A model generated the notes under the pieces. That model made no database searches and was not told the DNA's origin. It saw nothing but the letters and a program-made list of their open reading frames with translations. This document shows positions 38,734 through 51,096 of a DNA stretch of 64,000 nucleotides, piece by piece (position 1 is the stretch's first letter; the number at the start of each line of letters is the position of its first letter). Source of the DNA: Chlorokybus atmophyticus (taxonomy: Eukaryota > Plantae > Mesostigma and Chlorokybus algae); NCBI GenBank assembly GCA_009103225.1, contig RHPI01001737.1, positions 310,001-374,000 of the forward strand, given 5' to 3'. The position numbers were made by a program, and so were the translations under genes.

Positions 38734-40188
38734 ATGTCTGACCAAGGAGAGGGAGGTGAGAAGTACTTTACCGTCCCTGACTCATCGTCATCATACGAAC
38801 CATCAAGTGATGACAAAGTGAGAGACTCGGACACGAGTGAGAGCTACAAGCTCACTGAGAGTGACAAGGAGGAAGCTGCGCAGGATAGCGAAGCTTCTCC
38901 CGATCAATCTACTCAGAGTGGGCCAGCTACAATGGACACACAGTCTGTCATTGGTGGGGCTATTGAGAAGTATGCGCGAGAGCGCAAAGTCTTGATCGAT
39001 GCTCACCCACAGCTTCGTCAGGAAGTGTGGGATGCATGGGCACAAAAGGTTCGTGATAGCTATGCAGCAGATTTTGCCACTCTCCCTCGCGCGAGCAAGG
39101 AGATGGTGATCCGCATGATTGAGCACGAGTTGACGAACAATGTTCCGCCACTCGTGCGCGGTGATCCGAAGGTGGCTGCTTTGATGACTGTTTACGATAA
39201 GCCTCTCCCTTACCAAGGCAAGCGAATGGCGTTTGAGGCTTTGGCCAACTTGGGAGTGGAAACCTCACAGCGTTGCAAGGACGTGTTCTGGTACTTAGGA
39301 CCTAACTTGGAAGACAAGTTGACTGGCCGAGTGCAGTTGACGGCACGCCTCGATGCTATGCAGTCTGAGTTGGTGGCGCTGCGCCAACAGGTGGCGGGGG
39401 CTACTTCAGCAGCTGGAGCATCAGCGGGGCTGCCGGTTACAGCACTGAACAAGCCTGAGAAGTTCAAGCCCAACGGCAGTGTCAGCATCCATGATTGGGT
39501 GGTCACTGTTGAGCACTACGTGACAGCAGTGAAGCGACCGGTTGGCGAGCACATTGCTGTTGCTGAGTTGCTCATGCCATCCGACGCTCTCGCCGAGTGG
39601 GCGAGGCAGACAGAGGATGGTGCAACCAAGACAGTGGAGGCACTATTCAAGTTCCTTGTGGAGCGCTATGGTGGCATGGATCCAGCTACTCAGGCTCGCA
39701 ACAAGCTCAACAAGCTGAAACAGAATGGCCGGACGGCTTCAGTCTATCTGCAGGAGTTCCAAGCGTTGGTGGGTCGCGTGAACAGTGGCCTCATGCCCAT
39801 GGACAAGGCTGAGCAGTTTGAGTTGTACAAACGCGGCTTGGATGCGCGTGTGCGCGATCAGCTGCAGTACAACACGGCAACGGGACTTCCTTGGGTTCCT
39901 GAGGACTTGGCCCAGCTGCAGAAGCTGAGCGTGTATCTGTACAGCGATGACACGGCGGTGCAGGAAAAGACACATGTGGCAGTTGCGGCCAAGCCGCACG
40001 GGGTGGGAGGAAAGCGTTACCCTCAGCCGAGTGCGCACACGGCAAAGAAGGCGCAGACATTCACCGGTGGCACATCTGCTGGTGGTGCTACACCCGCTGC
40101 GGCTCGCACCTGTTACGTCTGTCACCAGCCGGGCCACATTGCGAAGAACTGCCCCGCCAAGAAGGGCAAGGCCAAGAAGGTTGAATAG
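38734..40188 (+). CDS. gag: Gag with C-terminal CCHC zinc knuckle
   Basis: Long ORF with a capsid-like region (KPEKF...DWVVTVEHY, ARNKLNKLKQNGRTASVYLQEF) and CYVCHQPGHIAKNC. First ATG at 38734. Confidence 0.92.
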   Translation: MSDQGEGGEKYFTVPDSSSSYEPSSDDKVRDSDTSESYKLTESDKEEAAQDSEASPDQSTQSGPATMDTQSVIGGAIEKYARERKVLIDAHPQLRQEVWDAWAQKVRDSYAADFATLPRASKEMVIRMIEHELTNNVPPLVRGDPKVAALMTVYDKPLPYQGKRMAFEALANLGVETSQRCKDVFWYLGPNLEDKLTGRVQLTARLDAMQSELVALRQQVAGATSAAGASAGLPVTALNKPEKFKPNGSVSIHDWVVTVEHYVTAVKRPVGEHIAVAELLMPSDALAEWARQTEDGATKTVEALFKFLVERYGGMDPATQARNKLNKLKQNGRTASVYLQEFQALVGRVNSGLMPMDKAEQFELYKRGLDARVRDQLQYNTATGLPWVPEDLAQLQKLSVYLYSDDTAVQEKTHVAVAAKPHGVGGKRYPQPSAHTAKKAQTFTGGTSAGGATPAAARTCYVCHQPGHIAKNCPAKKGKAKKVE

Positions 40189-40288
40189 GATTACGCCGTG
40201 ACTGATGTAGATGCGGTTGATAGCCAGTTGCTTGAGATGCAAGCAGCAAACTGGTTTGATGATCTGTCTCAAGTGCATGTAATGACAC

Positions 40289-43200
40289 ATGCATGGCAAG
40301 CACATGACAAGTTGCCACTCTTTGATGTTGAAAAAGTGGAAGAGAAGCTGCTTGTATGCTTGTGGACATGTGGAGTTCAACATGCTTACCGATATGTTGC
40401 ATGCATTGACTGAGTTGCAGAATAAGCACAGAACCTTGAGTATGGTGGTGATGGTGCCAAAGTATCATGGCCCATGGTTAAAACATACTCGCGGAGGGTT
40501 TGTGTTGAAGCAATTCAGCAAGCGTGAAACAAGGACAGTACGGTTGTCAGCCATATTGATCAACCCTCGCATTAGTCACGGACTCTTGGCTACATTTCAA
40601 GGACGGGTGGTACCTCTGTTGTGGACATTTAATGGCACAATGCAAGGTGTAAACAGTTCGTTCTTGATTGACACTGGTGCAACACGCAACTTCGTTGAGG
40701 AACAATGGGTTGTGCGCAACAAGATAGCATGTAAACCCTCAGCATTTTCAGCTGCCGGTGCGGGGGGTGAGTTGCCAGTGAAAGGAGAAATAAAAATGAA
40801 AGTAAAGATTGGTAATTATCATGCCACTCTTACTTTCATAGTGGTATCCATCGACATATCAGGTGTTGATGTGGTATTAGGACAGGAATGGCAGGAAAAT
40901 GTCAATATGACATTGGATACTGGCGCACGTTTGTGCACGGTAAAGAAAGGTCGTAAGCGTGTAACATTGTCTGTGAAAGGGTCACATAGCTTGGACCACA
41001 AGCAGCCCGACCCTGCGCTACTCACTGCACTGCAAGTGAAACGTGCGTTGCGCAAAAACACACCGGCTTTTCTGGTACACTTAACGTCGTCGGACGACTT
41101 TGTGCCGAGAAACACAGAAGGTGTTGCAGACATCATTGAGAAGTATCAAAATGTGTTCTCAGATGAATTGCCAGGCTTACCTCCTAATCGAGGTGTCGGA
41201 CACACAATACTCATTTCTGACAGTGAGCCTCCGCTTCGGCCTATATATAGGCTGAGCCCCCGAGAGAGGGGGGAAATGGAAACTCAAATCAAAGAGTTAT
41301 TGGAAAAGGGATTGATTGAACCGAGTTCTTCACCCTTTGGCGCGCCCATCTTGTTTGTGATGAAAAAGAATGGAAAGCTGCGCATGTGTGTGGATTACCG
41401 TGCTTTAAACAAGATCACGGTAAAGAATCGATACCCGTTGCCCCGGATTGATGATGTGTTTGATAAACTGTCGGGAAATGCGTACTTTAGTACGTTGGAC
41501 TTGATAAGTGGGTATCATCAAATCCGGATTCATCCTTCTGATGTTTACAAGACAGCATTCAGAACACCTTCGGGCCATTATCAATACAAAGTGTTACCTT
41601 TTGGATTGACTAATGCGCCGGCAGTGTTTCAGAAGGAAATGAATAAGATTTTTGGTGGCATACTTGGCAAGTATGTTATGGTTTACTTGGATGACATCAT
41701 TGTCTTTAGTAAGACCAAGGAAGAGCATAAGCAGCACTTGGAAGCGGTGTTCGCCTTGCTGCGTACACATCGCTTGTTTGCCAATCTTGCGAAGTGTGAC
41801 TTCTGCAAGACGGAGTTGCCATTCTTGGGGCACATTGTGAGCGGTGCGGGTGTGAAACCTGACCCTCGCAAAGTGCAAGTTGTAAAGGATTGGCCTCAAC
41901 CTAAGAATATCCATCTACTGCGATCATTCTTGGGATTGGCAAACTACTTTCGCAAGTTTATGATGGGGTACTCCACAGTAGTGGTGCCTTTAACAAAACT
42001 GTTGCGAAAAGATGTTCCATTCTTATGGACAGCTGAACAAGAAGCGGCTATGCAACAGGTGAAGCTAGCCTTGACTTCTGCTCCAGTGTTGGCATTGCCA
42101 AACTGGGACAAGCATTTCACTGTGGTTAGCGATGCGTCCACCCTTGGGTGTGGTGCAGTACTGTTGCAAGATGGCAGACCATGTGCTTATGAAAGTAGGA
42201 AGTTCATTCCAGCAGAGGTAAATTACACTACCACCGAGCAAGAGTTGCTTGGTATAGTGCATGCTCTGAAAACATGGCGATGTTACTTGGAGGGGGTTCA
42301 GTTCACAGTGGTGACTGATCATAATCCATTGGTGTATTTCTCAACACAGCAAAACTTGTCACGAAGGCAAGCTCGCTGGAATGAGTTTCTGTCTCGGTTT
42401 ACCTTTGAGTGGGTATACCGGCCAGGCAGAACTAATGTTGCTGATCCTCTGAGTCGTTGTCCATCATTGTTAACAGTTATGCGTGCGCAATTGCTTGCGA
42501 CGCGCGGTACAATGCCACCGGATGATGAGTTTGTGCAAGCTGTTGTGCAAGGGTATGCTTTTTACCCATGGTTCTCGTTGGAGGACAACGTGCAAAAGCT
42601 GAACAAACGAGACAACTTGTATTATGTGGGCACCAGCTTGGTAATACCTGACCATGCTGAGTTGCGTGCGAAATGCATAGCTGATGTACACGATCCACCA
42701 TACGCTGGGCACTTTGGCAGTCGCAAAACTGTTAAGGCAGCGCAACAGTTGTATTGGTGGCCATCGTTGCCTGTTGACGTAAAACGGTATGTGGACACGT
42801 GTGACAAATGTCAGCGTGATAAGCCGTTACGTCAGAAACCCGCTGGTTTGCTGCGACCATTGCCTATTCCTGATGGCAAATGGGAAAGTGTGAGTATGGA
42901 CTTAATTACTGAGCTCCCAGAGACAGCATTAGGTCACACTGCGGTTGCAGTTTTTGTGGATCGTTTGACAAAAATGGTCCACATTGTCCCTTGTCGCACG
43001 GAGATAGGCTCCCGTGAGTTGGCGATGGTTTTTGTCGCGTCTGTGTTCAAGTTGCATGGCTTGCCCCGCAACTTTGTGTCAGATCGCGATCCGCGATTTG
43101 TGGCTCAGTTTTGGAAGTCGCTATGCAGCTTCTTACACATTCAGCAGAACATGAGCACTGCTTACCATCCACAGACGGATGGTCAGACAGAACGCGCCAA

Positions 43201-43959
43201 TCAAGTGATTGAGGAAACCATCCGGCATTATGTGAACCCGAATCAGAATGATTGGGATATTTATCTCCCAATGGCTGAGTTAGCGATCAATAATGCATGG
43301 CAAGAGAGTGTGCAGAGACTCCGTTCTTCTTGAATTACGGAGTGCATCCACTGAGTCCTGCAAACATTAAGTTGCCCGCTACTGACGTGACTCGCGTACC
43401 TGCAGCGCGCGAGATGGCTTCGGCCATGCAGGATAGGTTAGCGTTGGCAAAAGCCTGTCTGCGCGCAGCGCAAGACAGACAAAAAGCCCAAGCTGATGCG
43501 CATCGTAGAGAGGCCAACTACGATGTGGGCTGTTCGGTGCTTTTAAGTACCAAAAACGTATCCATCAAGGGAGTGGGTACCCGCAAGTTTTTCCCTCGCT
43601 GGATAGGCCCTTTCAAAGTGACTGATCGGGTCGGCACTCACGCGTATCGTTTGGACTTGCCAAAGTCGATACGCATTCACAATGTGTTTCACGTGAGTGT
43701 ACTGAAACCATACCGTTCTGACGGTCGGGTTCAACCTCCTCCACCCCCCGTTGCAGTGGATGGCGACGATACTTTCGAGTATGAGGTGGAAGCAATCCTG
43801 AGTCACCGTAAGCCTCGACGCGGACGCGCGCCGTCTTACTTGGTGAAATGGAAAGGGTATGGTGTTGAGCACAACACGTGGGAGCCCGAAAGGAATCTTA
43901 CCAACTGCCAAGAGATTCTTCGGGGGTACTGGAGTGCTGTGTCCACACGCGGACGGTAA
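40289..43959 (+). CDS. pol: Pol (protease, RT, RNase H, integrase, GPF motif, chromodomain), broken by a frameshift near 43315
   Basis: FLIDTGAT, VYLDDII, VSDAS, H..H..C..C and the D,D,E integrase core lie in 40289-43333. TPFFLNYG, WIGPF and YEVEAIL...YLVKWKGY...TWEP continue in a second frame to 43959. Confidence 0.93.
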
Positions 43960-44099
43960 AAGGGTGCTGGCAGACATCTTTACCGCTTCGGCCCTGGTTC
44001 TCTCACTGCTTTGGTTCTCTCACTGCTTTGGTTCTCGGTGCTCATGGTGGGGCTTTGCTAACCCTTCAATGAGGACATTGAAACCTAAGTGGGGGGGAA

Positions 44100-44438
44100 T
44101 GTAACGGAGTGCTACCTCTATAGAGGTTCCCCGCCCTTATTTAGGATTAAATAAGGGTCCCAACGGGTATATACAGCCAATTAAGCCGTATTAGGGCCGT
44201 TAACCTAGTGTTAAGGCCCTAATGTAGTGTTACTTAACTGTAACACTGATATCGACATGAGACATGAGTCTCATGTCGATATCAGCTGTATGGCGGCACT
44301 GCTAACGCAGCAGCCGCCATAGCCAGGGGATCTTCTGCTCCGGCAGTTGCCCCTGGCGGCGGCGGTGTGGTCGGCGTGGCTGGTGGTGGTGTTGGGGTAG
44401 GGGATTAAAGAGAGGAGGGAGCACCCCCTCTCCTTACA
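44100..44438 (+). repeat. 3' LTR (339 bp)
   Basis: Preceded by the PPT TAAGTGGGGGGGAA. Confidence 0.97.
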
Positions 44439-44620
44439 TAGCGCCTCCAACATTGTGTTGGGCATCATGACGGTGTACTCAAAGAAAACGGCGGCAATGG
44501 CGGCTCTGAGTAGCTGACGGACTGCCATAAGCCGCGCAGTCGTAGAACACATGTACGCAGGTCTTTGGCTGCAGTCTACATAACGCACAAATCTGGTCTG
44601 TGTATAGGGCAGGGGTAACA
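44439..44620 (-). pseudogene. Decayed non-LTR retrotransposon C-terminal zinc finger (zf-RVT-like), interrupted by the chromovirus
   Basis: DQICALCRLQPKTCVHVFYDCAAY fits the C-x2-C...H-x4-C pattern. After a frameshift the reading continues across the TSD into 37594 and below. Confidence 0.4.
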
Positions 44621-45576
44621 TGCGCTACATGGATTGTTAACGCCGTGTGTATACTATATGCATGCCGCATGCGTGTATTATACACAAAGCGCAGCGCTGT
44701 GTTTGCACAGGCTCAATAATATTAGGTTTTGCACTTACACAGTTATATAGCACTAGCACATTTACACAAACAGCAAGTCAACTCAACACAGACGCACATA
44801 GCATACACGCACAGCATGCCCGCATGGCAAGCACAAAGACACAACTGCACAAACATACGCACGCATAACACATACAACCATGCACATGCTCAGTGGCTTG
44901 CACGTATGCGCGCACGCAGCATGTACACAATCACAACATTGCATATATTTTACACATCAATGCACAACCACTTGCAGCCAGCACACACACTTAAACACAT
45001 GAACTCTCAAACACCAGTTCGTTATGCGCTCAAGAGACAACCGTACTAGATTTACGCTAACCCATTTATGATGCTTACCATGACCCTGTGCATGTGTTTC
45101 GATGCCGGACGTTGCAAGCGCTGCTGAGTAGGCGCATGCAAATACACAAGATCACAAGGGAATGCACATGATGTGTGTGTGATATGTGCTATGTGTGTGT
45201 GATATGTGCTCAAGCATGAGAGCTGGCGCTAGCCGTTGGTATGTTGTGCCATGCTATGCCAACACCCTCGCACACTCACTCACCAGCGTCCATGGTGAAG
45301 CCACGAGCTCCACCAACCACATCCACATCTATACCCACATAGCCCACGACCCCACCGTTTAAACCATGATCACCTGCAGAGGAGACGTCACAGTCAGCAA
45401 GTTGCCATGCGGGCAGCTGCAGACTGCGGCAGCTGTGCCTTTCGCGTCCAACTTCAAATTTAGGGTTTACAGCGGCACTGCGTGCGCCGCGCAATTGCGG
45501 CAACTACAGACTGTACAGTCTCATGCGCAAGTTAGTGTCATGTGATGCAATAGCACGGTGAGTTAACACAGCCCCG

Positions 45577-46920
45577 CATAGCATAGCATAGCATAGCATA
45601 TGTTAAAAGTGAAAATCTCATAGCATTAGTGGTGTTGACAAAACACCATGCTAATGCATCATGCGAGTACTTCGCATGCTCCCGCACGTAGTCCTTCAAC
45701 GCTTGAAATACATGCAAGTACAAAGTGCGTGGGAAGATTTGATACAGCATGACAACACGATACCTCAGCTTTGCACGCAACGTGCTGAGCAACTTTTTTG
45801 ATGCGATACCTTTAATAGTTCATGTCCTTGATGAGCTTGACCAATGAATGCCGCTTGAAAATGCACGAGCGTGTAAAACGAATGTAATGGGTGATCAACA
45901 CGCCTAGCTTGATACCCTTGTGCATGTTCGACTGTGGGTGCGGTGCACAATGGACTGTACTATCATTGAAACACGGTTCTCTATGGATGTCATACACCTT
46001 GATACACAACCCGATACCACTATCTTAAAATATAGTTACACGCAAGAACGGGACTTCTATTCCAACATGAGACTGATTTACTGTCAACATATACTGGGAA
46101 AATGCCACCGGCCAGTGCATGTTGGTGCAAGTACATGCTTTTTAGAAACTGGGGAATGTCACACACAAACAAGTCAATTACAAAACGAGACACCTCGTGC
46201 ATGTACTGCGAGACCTTACATGGTTGAGCTTGTATGTCAAACGTTGCATGAACCAAAACTTATATGTGAACCAAAAGAAATTGGCAATAAAAACACCTAC
46301 GGAGTAACCTATGGGTATGCCAATGCTTGTTTGTAAAGCTCGTCAGTTGTTGTTTGAACATACAAGTATTGCACGATGAATTACAACAGTGCACACAATG
46401 AGTGCTTGTCAAAGTGTTTTACTTTGGTTTTGTGGGACTAATAGTGGTCGTGCATGACGCCATGCATGTGTTGCTTCGTTATGTTTCACTGTAATGACCA
46501 AATAGCTTGCTTGATACTGACGGTACGAATACTCAAACATCAGCACCACAAAGTTACGCATACGCTCAACCAGCTTTGGATGTGATATGTTGGTGTATAG
46601 TAGTAAAGTCAAATGTCTGTTGCAACGTGGGTAGTTGTTTATGTTGCTGAGTATGGGTTGTATTTTACTGTGTCAAGCGTGGGATGAAGTCTAGAGTGTC
46701 CTTCAATTTCCATCATTGTTCAGTGTGCAACGTGACATTTGCTGTTGCTGCCAACTCCGACCACACCGCATGAGACATGGGCAATAGTATCTGATAAGCT
46801 CTCGTCAACCACCTTCTGCTGCATCAGTCAGTGTGGACTTGAAGGCAGCTACTACGAACCGTGGCTTGTGTGGTGACTTGTGAGGCTTAATGGTCATGTA
46901 TATGTGGGTAGTGTGGGTTG
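45577..46920 (-). mobile_element. Decayed, 5'-truncated Penelope-like element reverse transcriptase
   Basis: Ordered, frameshifted PLE-RT motifs: YMTIKPHKSPHKPRFVV (~46850-46900), TFDFTT-LYTNISH (~46580-46617), LYKQ-IGIPIG (46307-46321), RFVID (46173-46187), GIFP, VPFL, VYD (45989-45997), SN...GVLITHYIRFTRSC. A (TATGC)n tract lies at 45577-45600. Confidence 0.75.
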
Positions 46921-47131
46921 CTTGATCACCGGGTGTGAGTATGTGATGTAACCATGTTGTGCATTATACATAGCGTGTGTCTATGTGATACTCGCTGCTG
47001 GGGTGTTGCACAACTGATAGGTTGTGCTAGTTCATTGTGCAGCTGCTGTAGGTAGAACTTCTTGCACACTACACTGCGACACAGACATATATACATGCAG
47101 TACGATAGATACAACATCACATGGGTCCGTG

Positions 47132-50100
47132 CTAAAAATCCTCGGTGCTGAGCGCGGGCAGCGTGACGGGTACGGCCCATCGTCCAAGGTGTGCCGTGTA
47201 GTTGACGCATCGCACGACACCACGTCCGGGCTCGAGGCCTTCGGGAAACTCGAACGCGCTCACGCTTCCCGGGTTCATGTGGAAGAAGCGGAAGCCCGCG
47301 GGGGGAAGTCCCAAACACTGCGCCACAAGGGCGCGGTTCATCGCAGCGTGGCTCACCACCGCCACGTTGCACGTCGAGCGGTTGGCGCCCGCCGGCGGGG
47401 TCAGACGCGAGGTTAGGGCGAGAATGTGCGACCACGCATCACGCGCACGCTCCCACACGTCTTTGAGACAGACATGACACGTGGTGAGCGTGTTTGGTCC
47501 CCAGACATTTTTGTGCAACCAAATGCAAATGTGCGCCCAACATACCTGAGAATGACTCTCCTTCGGGTATCCTCGTTTCATGCGGCGCTTGTTTCCAATG
47601 TGTGAGCTCCTTCGCATACGCTTGCTCCACATCAGACTCTGTCAGACCCTGCATGCAAGAACCACATTCACCCACCCACGCACGCACGCACACAACCGAG
47701 GAATTAAAGTATCATATAAGGTCTGCGGAGGCAGCATCCAACATGCTTGATGCGGGAAATGGATTTGCAGACATTGACTGTCAAGGCAACAAGAGATTCG
47801 GGTTTGAAGCAACACAACCACATAATCACACTCTCCAACCATACCTGCCATGCCCCCATGTCAAACTCCCGCAGCTGCTCCATCTGCACGAACTCGATGT
47901 CTGGCAGCACGCACTCCTCCTTGCCGAGGCACTGCGCCCCCTGCTGCACCTTCAGGACGGTCTCTGCAGTTTGCTTTGACGCCAGCAGTGGGGAATGTAC
48001 AATCGCATCGAGCTCCATGTCAAGCAGCATCTCCGCCGTCTTCGTGGCCTGGTACGGGCAATGTGGATGTGTGAGTTGTGCTTGTGTTCCAGCAACCAAC
48101 ACAACCTCTCACCTGCAGGACGCCCAGGATGTTCATCTCAACGTCCTTGCACGTGCTGAAGGCCTTGGGCGTGCCCACCTCCCCGTGCTGTATGAGGTAC
48201 ACGCGGCCCGCCGTGGGACGTCCCGATGGCTGAGGCTGAGGAACTGGGATGGGGGAGCTCGGGGTCTGTGTCACGTGTGAGATGAGATACTTAAACATGC
48301 ATACAGGCATGCAAACATGTATGGGTGTAGGTACACGTGCATGCACGCATATATACAGAATGGCGTGAAGTTGTAGTGCATGCATGATTATGTTTATGTT
48401 TATGTGTAGTTGTATGCATGCATGCGCATTTGCATGCGCCCACTTGTTCCTTGCTGCGAGCACTTGTGGGCGTGTGGGGCAAGTGCTTGCCAGTGCTCTA
48501 GTGCGTGTTTCTTGATAACCATCATTGTTGTTGCCTGCCTGGTTAAGTCGGTTGATGCTGACCAGAAGGGCGCCGTTCGGCTCGATCGCTGGCGCAAAGT
48601 CGATGACCGTCACGCCGCAGTTACTCTGTAGCAACCGGCGGAAGTAGTCAGGTCCAAGACCTGCAAACAAGGCAAGCCAAGCAATGACACCACTCCACCT
48701 CAAAGACACAAAGAACAAACACCACATCTACCACAACACTCGCATCACACACACACGCACACGCTCTCATATGCTCACTGCTTGCACGCTTGCATACTGT
48801 TACACACGTGCGTGCGCATGCGCATGCACAAACACGCCCACCTATGGCGCATCCGACGAGTGCTTGGATCACGGCGTTGTGTGCGACGACGAGTATGGAC
48901 TTTGCGTCGCAGGTGAGGATCTTCTCCCACGCATCGCTCGCGCGGTCCCACAGCTCGCGCACGGGGTAATGCCCGTCGATCTCAAAGTTGGCGGCATCCT
49001 TTTGCCACATGAGGTAGTTGTGGCCGTACCGCTCCTTGCCCTCGTGCTTCAACAGGCCCTAAGAGAGAGAGAGCACAAGCGAAACCACGCATTATGGGCG
49101 CATGCTTGCGTGCGTGGGTACGGACGTGCCAGCATGCGCGCATATGTTGTGTCCAACAGTGTGCTTCAGCACAAAGATGATGATGTTGATGGTGGTGCTT
49201 ACTTGAAACGAGTAAAGATCGATCTCACGCAGCTCGGGGACATCCACAATGGGTTGTGATCGTCCCGTCCATATGATGTCTGCAGTCTTGGCAGCTCGTG
49301 CAAGCGGGCTGTTTGAGGGAGTGAATCATCCAGTCAGTGCTGGTTATTCAGATCAGATCTGAAAGCAGCGGGTGAACACAAGCACTATCATATCATCATG
49401 TTGTACCTGCGGAAGCAGATGTCGAATGAGTCGTTCTGAAGCATCTGGCGATTGGTCTCCGCTTGCGACTCGCCCTTGGCCGTCAGCACGGCATGATCGC
49501 TGCTGCCCTGCTCGACAAACACAACCAGAGGTGTAGTGAGTTGATAAGGTAAACGCATGGGCTTGCACATAACAATCGTTGCTGCTTGATAGAATACAAG
49601 AGTGGTATATACAAATTAGAATAAGCATAGCCAATGCCGCTGCATGCATGCCGCCTTACACAAGCACGCTTATAAGCAATGTTGCCGTCATTACCAAACG
49701 TTCCTTGTTCGTTGCTTGTGTACATGTGTCCATATCATCAACCTTTCAGGTGTAGTTGCATTGTGCTTTTCAGTGAACTGCTAATTGCTAACAATCGCAA
49801 TCGGTAGGCAGGTGCCACATGCATGCAGCTGCTCACACCAAGACAAGAACAGCATTGCAAAGCCCAATGGCATTCAATTGCTCAACAACCAACATCGCTG
49901 CTGCTCACTAGAACCAAACCAACATTAATGCAAAGCCCAAGGTTAGGCGACATGTGTTTGTTTAGTGAAGTTGCAGACATTAACAACAGCAGCATTGTGG
50001 ACCAGACAACCCTAGTGGCGTACTTGAATGCGTCCCTCTTTGTTCCATGTGCTCTGGCCGTGTCGCACCAGCACCACGCGCTTGCCCTCAGCGAGGGGGA

Positions 50101-50398
50101 TGGACGGCGTGCAGAGGAACCCGGCTCCGGGGGCGGTCTTGAAGTCCTCCTTGTCTGACTCCCCCTTCTTCCCCTCTTCCTGGGTGGTGGCCGCCTCCGC
50201 CACCTGGCTGACAGCCATGCAGGTGGCGGAGGAACAGCGCCTCCTGGCAGAGCTAGCCCTCGCAAGGAGGGCGCCTCTGCTGCTGCGGAGGAGCAGAGCC
50301 GGCTGCTGCTGGCGTCGGTAAGCTGTAGGAATCTCAAGTGTTGCAGAGAAGCAGGGCAGCGCCAACGACGCTGCCGCTGCCACGGCGGCCGACGCCAT
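47132..50398 (-). CDS. Plastid tandem histidine-phosphatase (phosphoglycerate mutase-like), 2-carboxy-D-arabinitol-1-phosphatase-like (spliced)
   Basis: A transit peptide, then VVLVRHGQSTWN, GSSDHAVLT, SPLARA, LREIDLYSFQG, GHYPVRELW and VVAHNAV. A second degenerate domain ends YTAHLGRWAVPVT. Confidence 0.88.
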
Positions 50399-51096
50399 GG
50401 CCGCCGCAGTTGAATGCACGACAACGCACACCTGCAATGCGCTTGCTTGAGCAACGACTCATACCAGAGCAGCGGACTTTGGTCCTTGGTGCTGTGTCTT
50501 GTTGTCTAGTGTTGTAGCAGAAAAGCGGTGTGCGTGTGCAAATGCGTATGTGCGTACGGGCTCCCTACAGTTGGGAGATGCAAGTGCATAATAGGGCAGC
50601 GTGGCACGCACGCAATCATCATTCCCCTGCCCTTCATAGCCAGACACAACCATGTGCATTTGCTCACAACCACGTCTCTCACCATTAAAGGTAAAACGCA
50701 AGAAACTTCAACACGCGTAGCGCACGCACAATCATCATCATCATCATCATATGTGGCCCTCGATAGGCAGACAACCACGCGCATTGCTCACAAGCAACAC
50801 GACTCTAACCACTAACAGCAACCCTCGTGAAAGCATCCTGGCGGAGGCGATGCCTTGCTCTACTATTGTGTACAAACAATGGGGAGTGTCATGTGTGAAT
50901 ACTTGATGCCGAAACCCTGCCGAGATAAGGCAACCGCCGATAACTTTTCATTTGTGTATGTTTTGGCGTGAGTACACATGGCATGTGCAGCAATGTTGAG
51001 CAGACACCCAAGCTTGCTTGTGGTTTAGTGGCAGATTAAAAACGATGCATGCAGACACAGTCAAGCTTGCAAAGGAGGCAGCGCGTGTTACCCAAC

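Larger units (their letters stand above)
37595..44438 (+). mobile_element. Full-length Ty3/gypsy chromovirus LTR retrotransposon
   Basis: LTRs at 37595-37934 and 44100-44438 differ by one substitution and one 1-nt indel. TSD TAGCG at 37590-37594 and 44439-44443. PBS at 37936-37947, PPT at 44086-44099. Domain order is gag, PR, RT, RH, IN, chromodomain. Confidence 0.98.
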
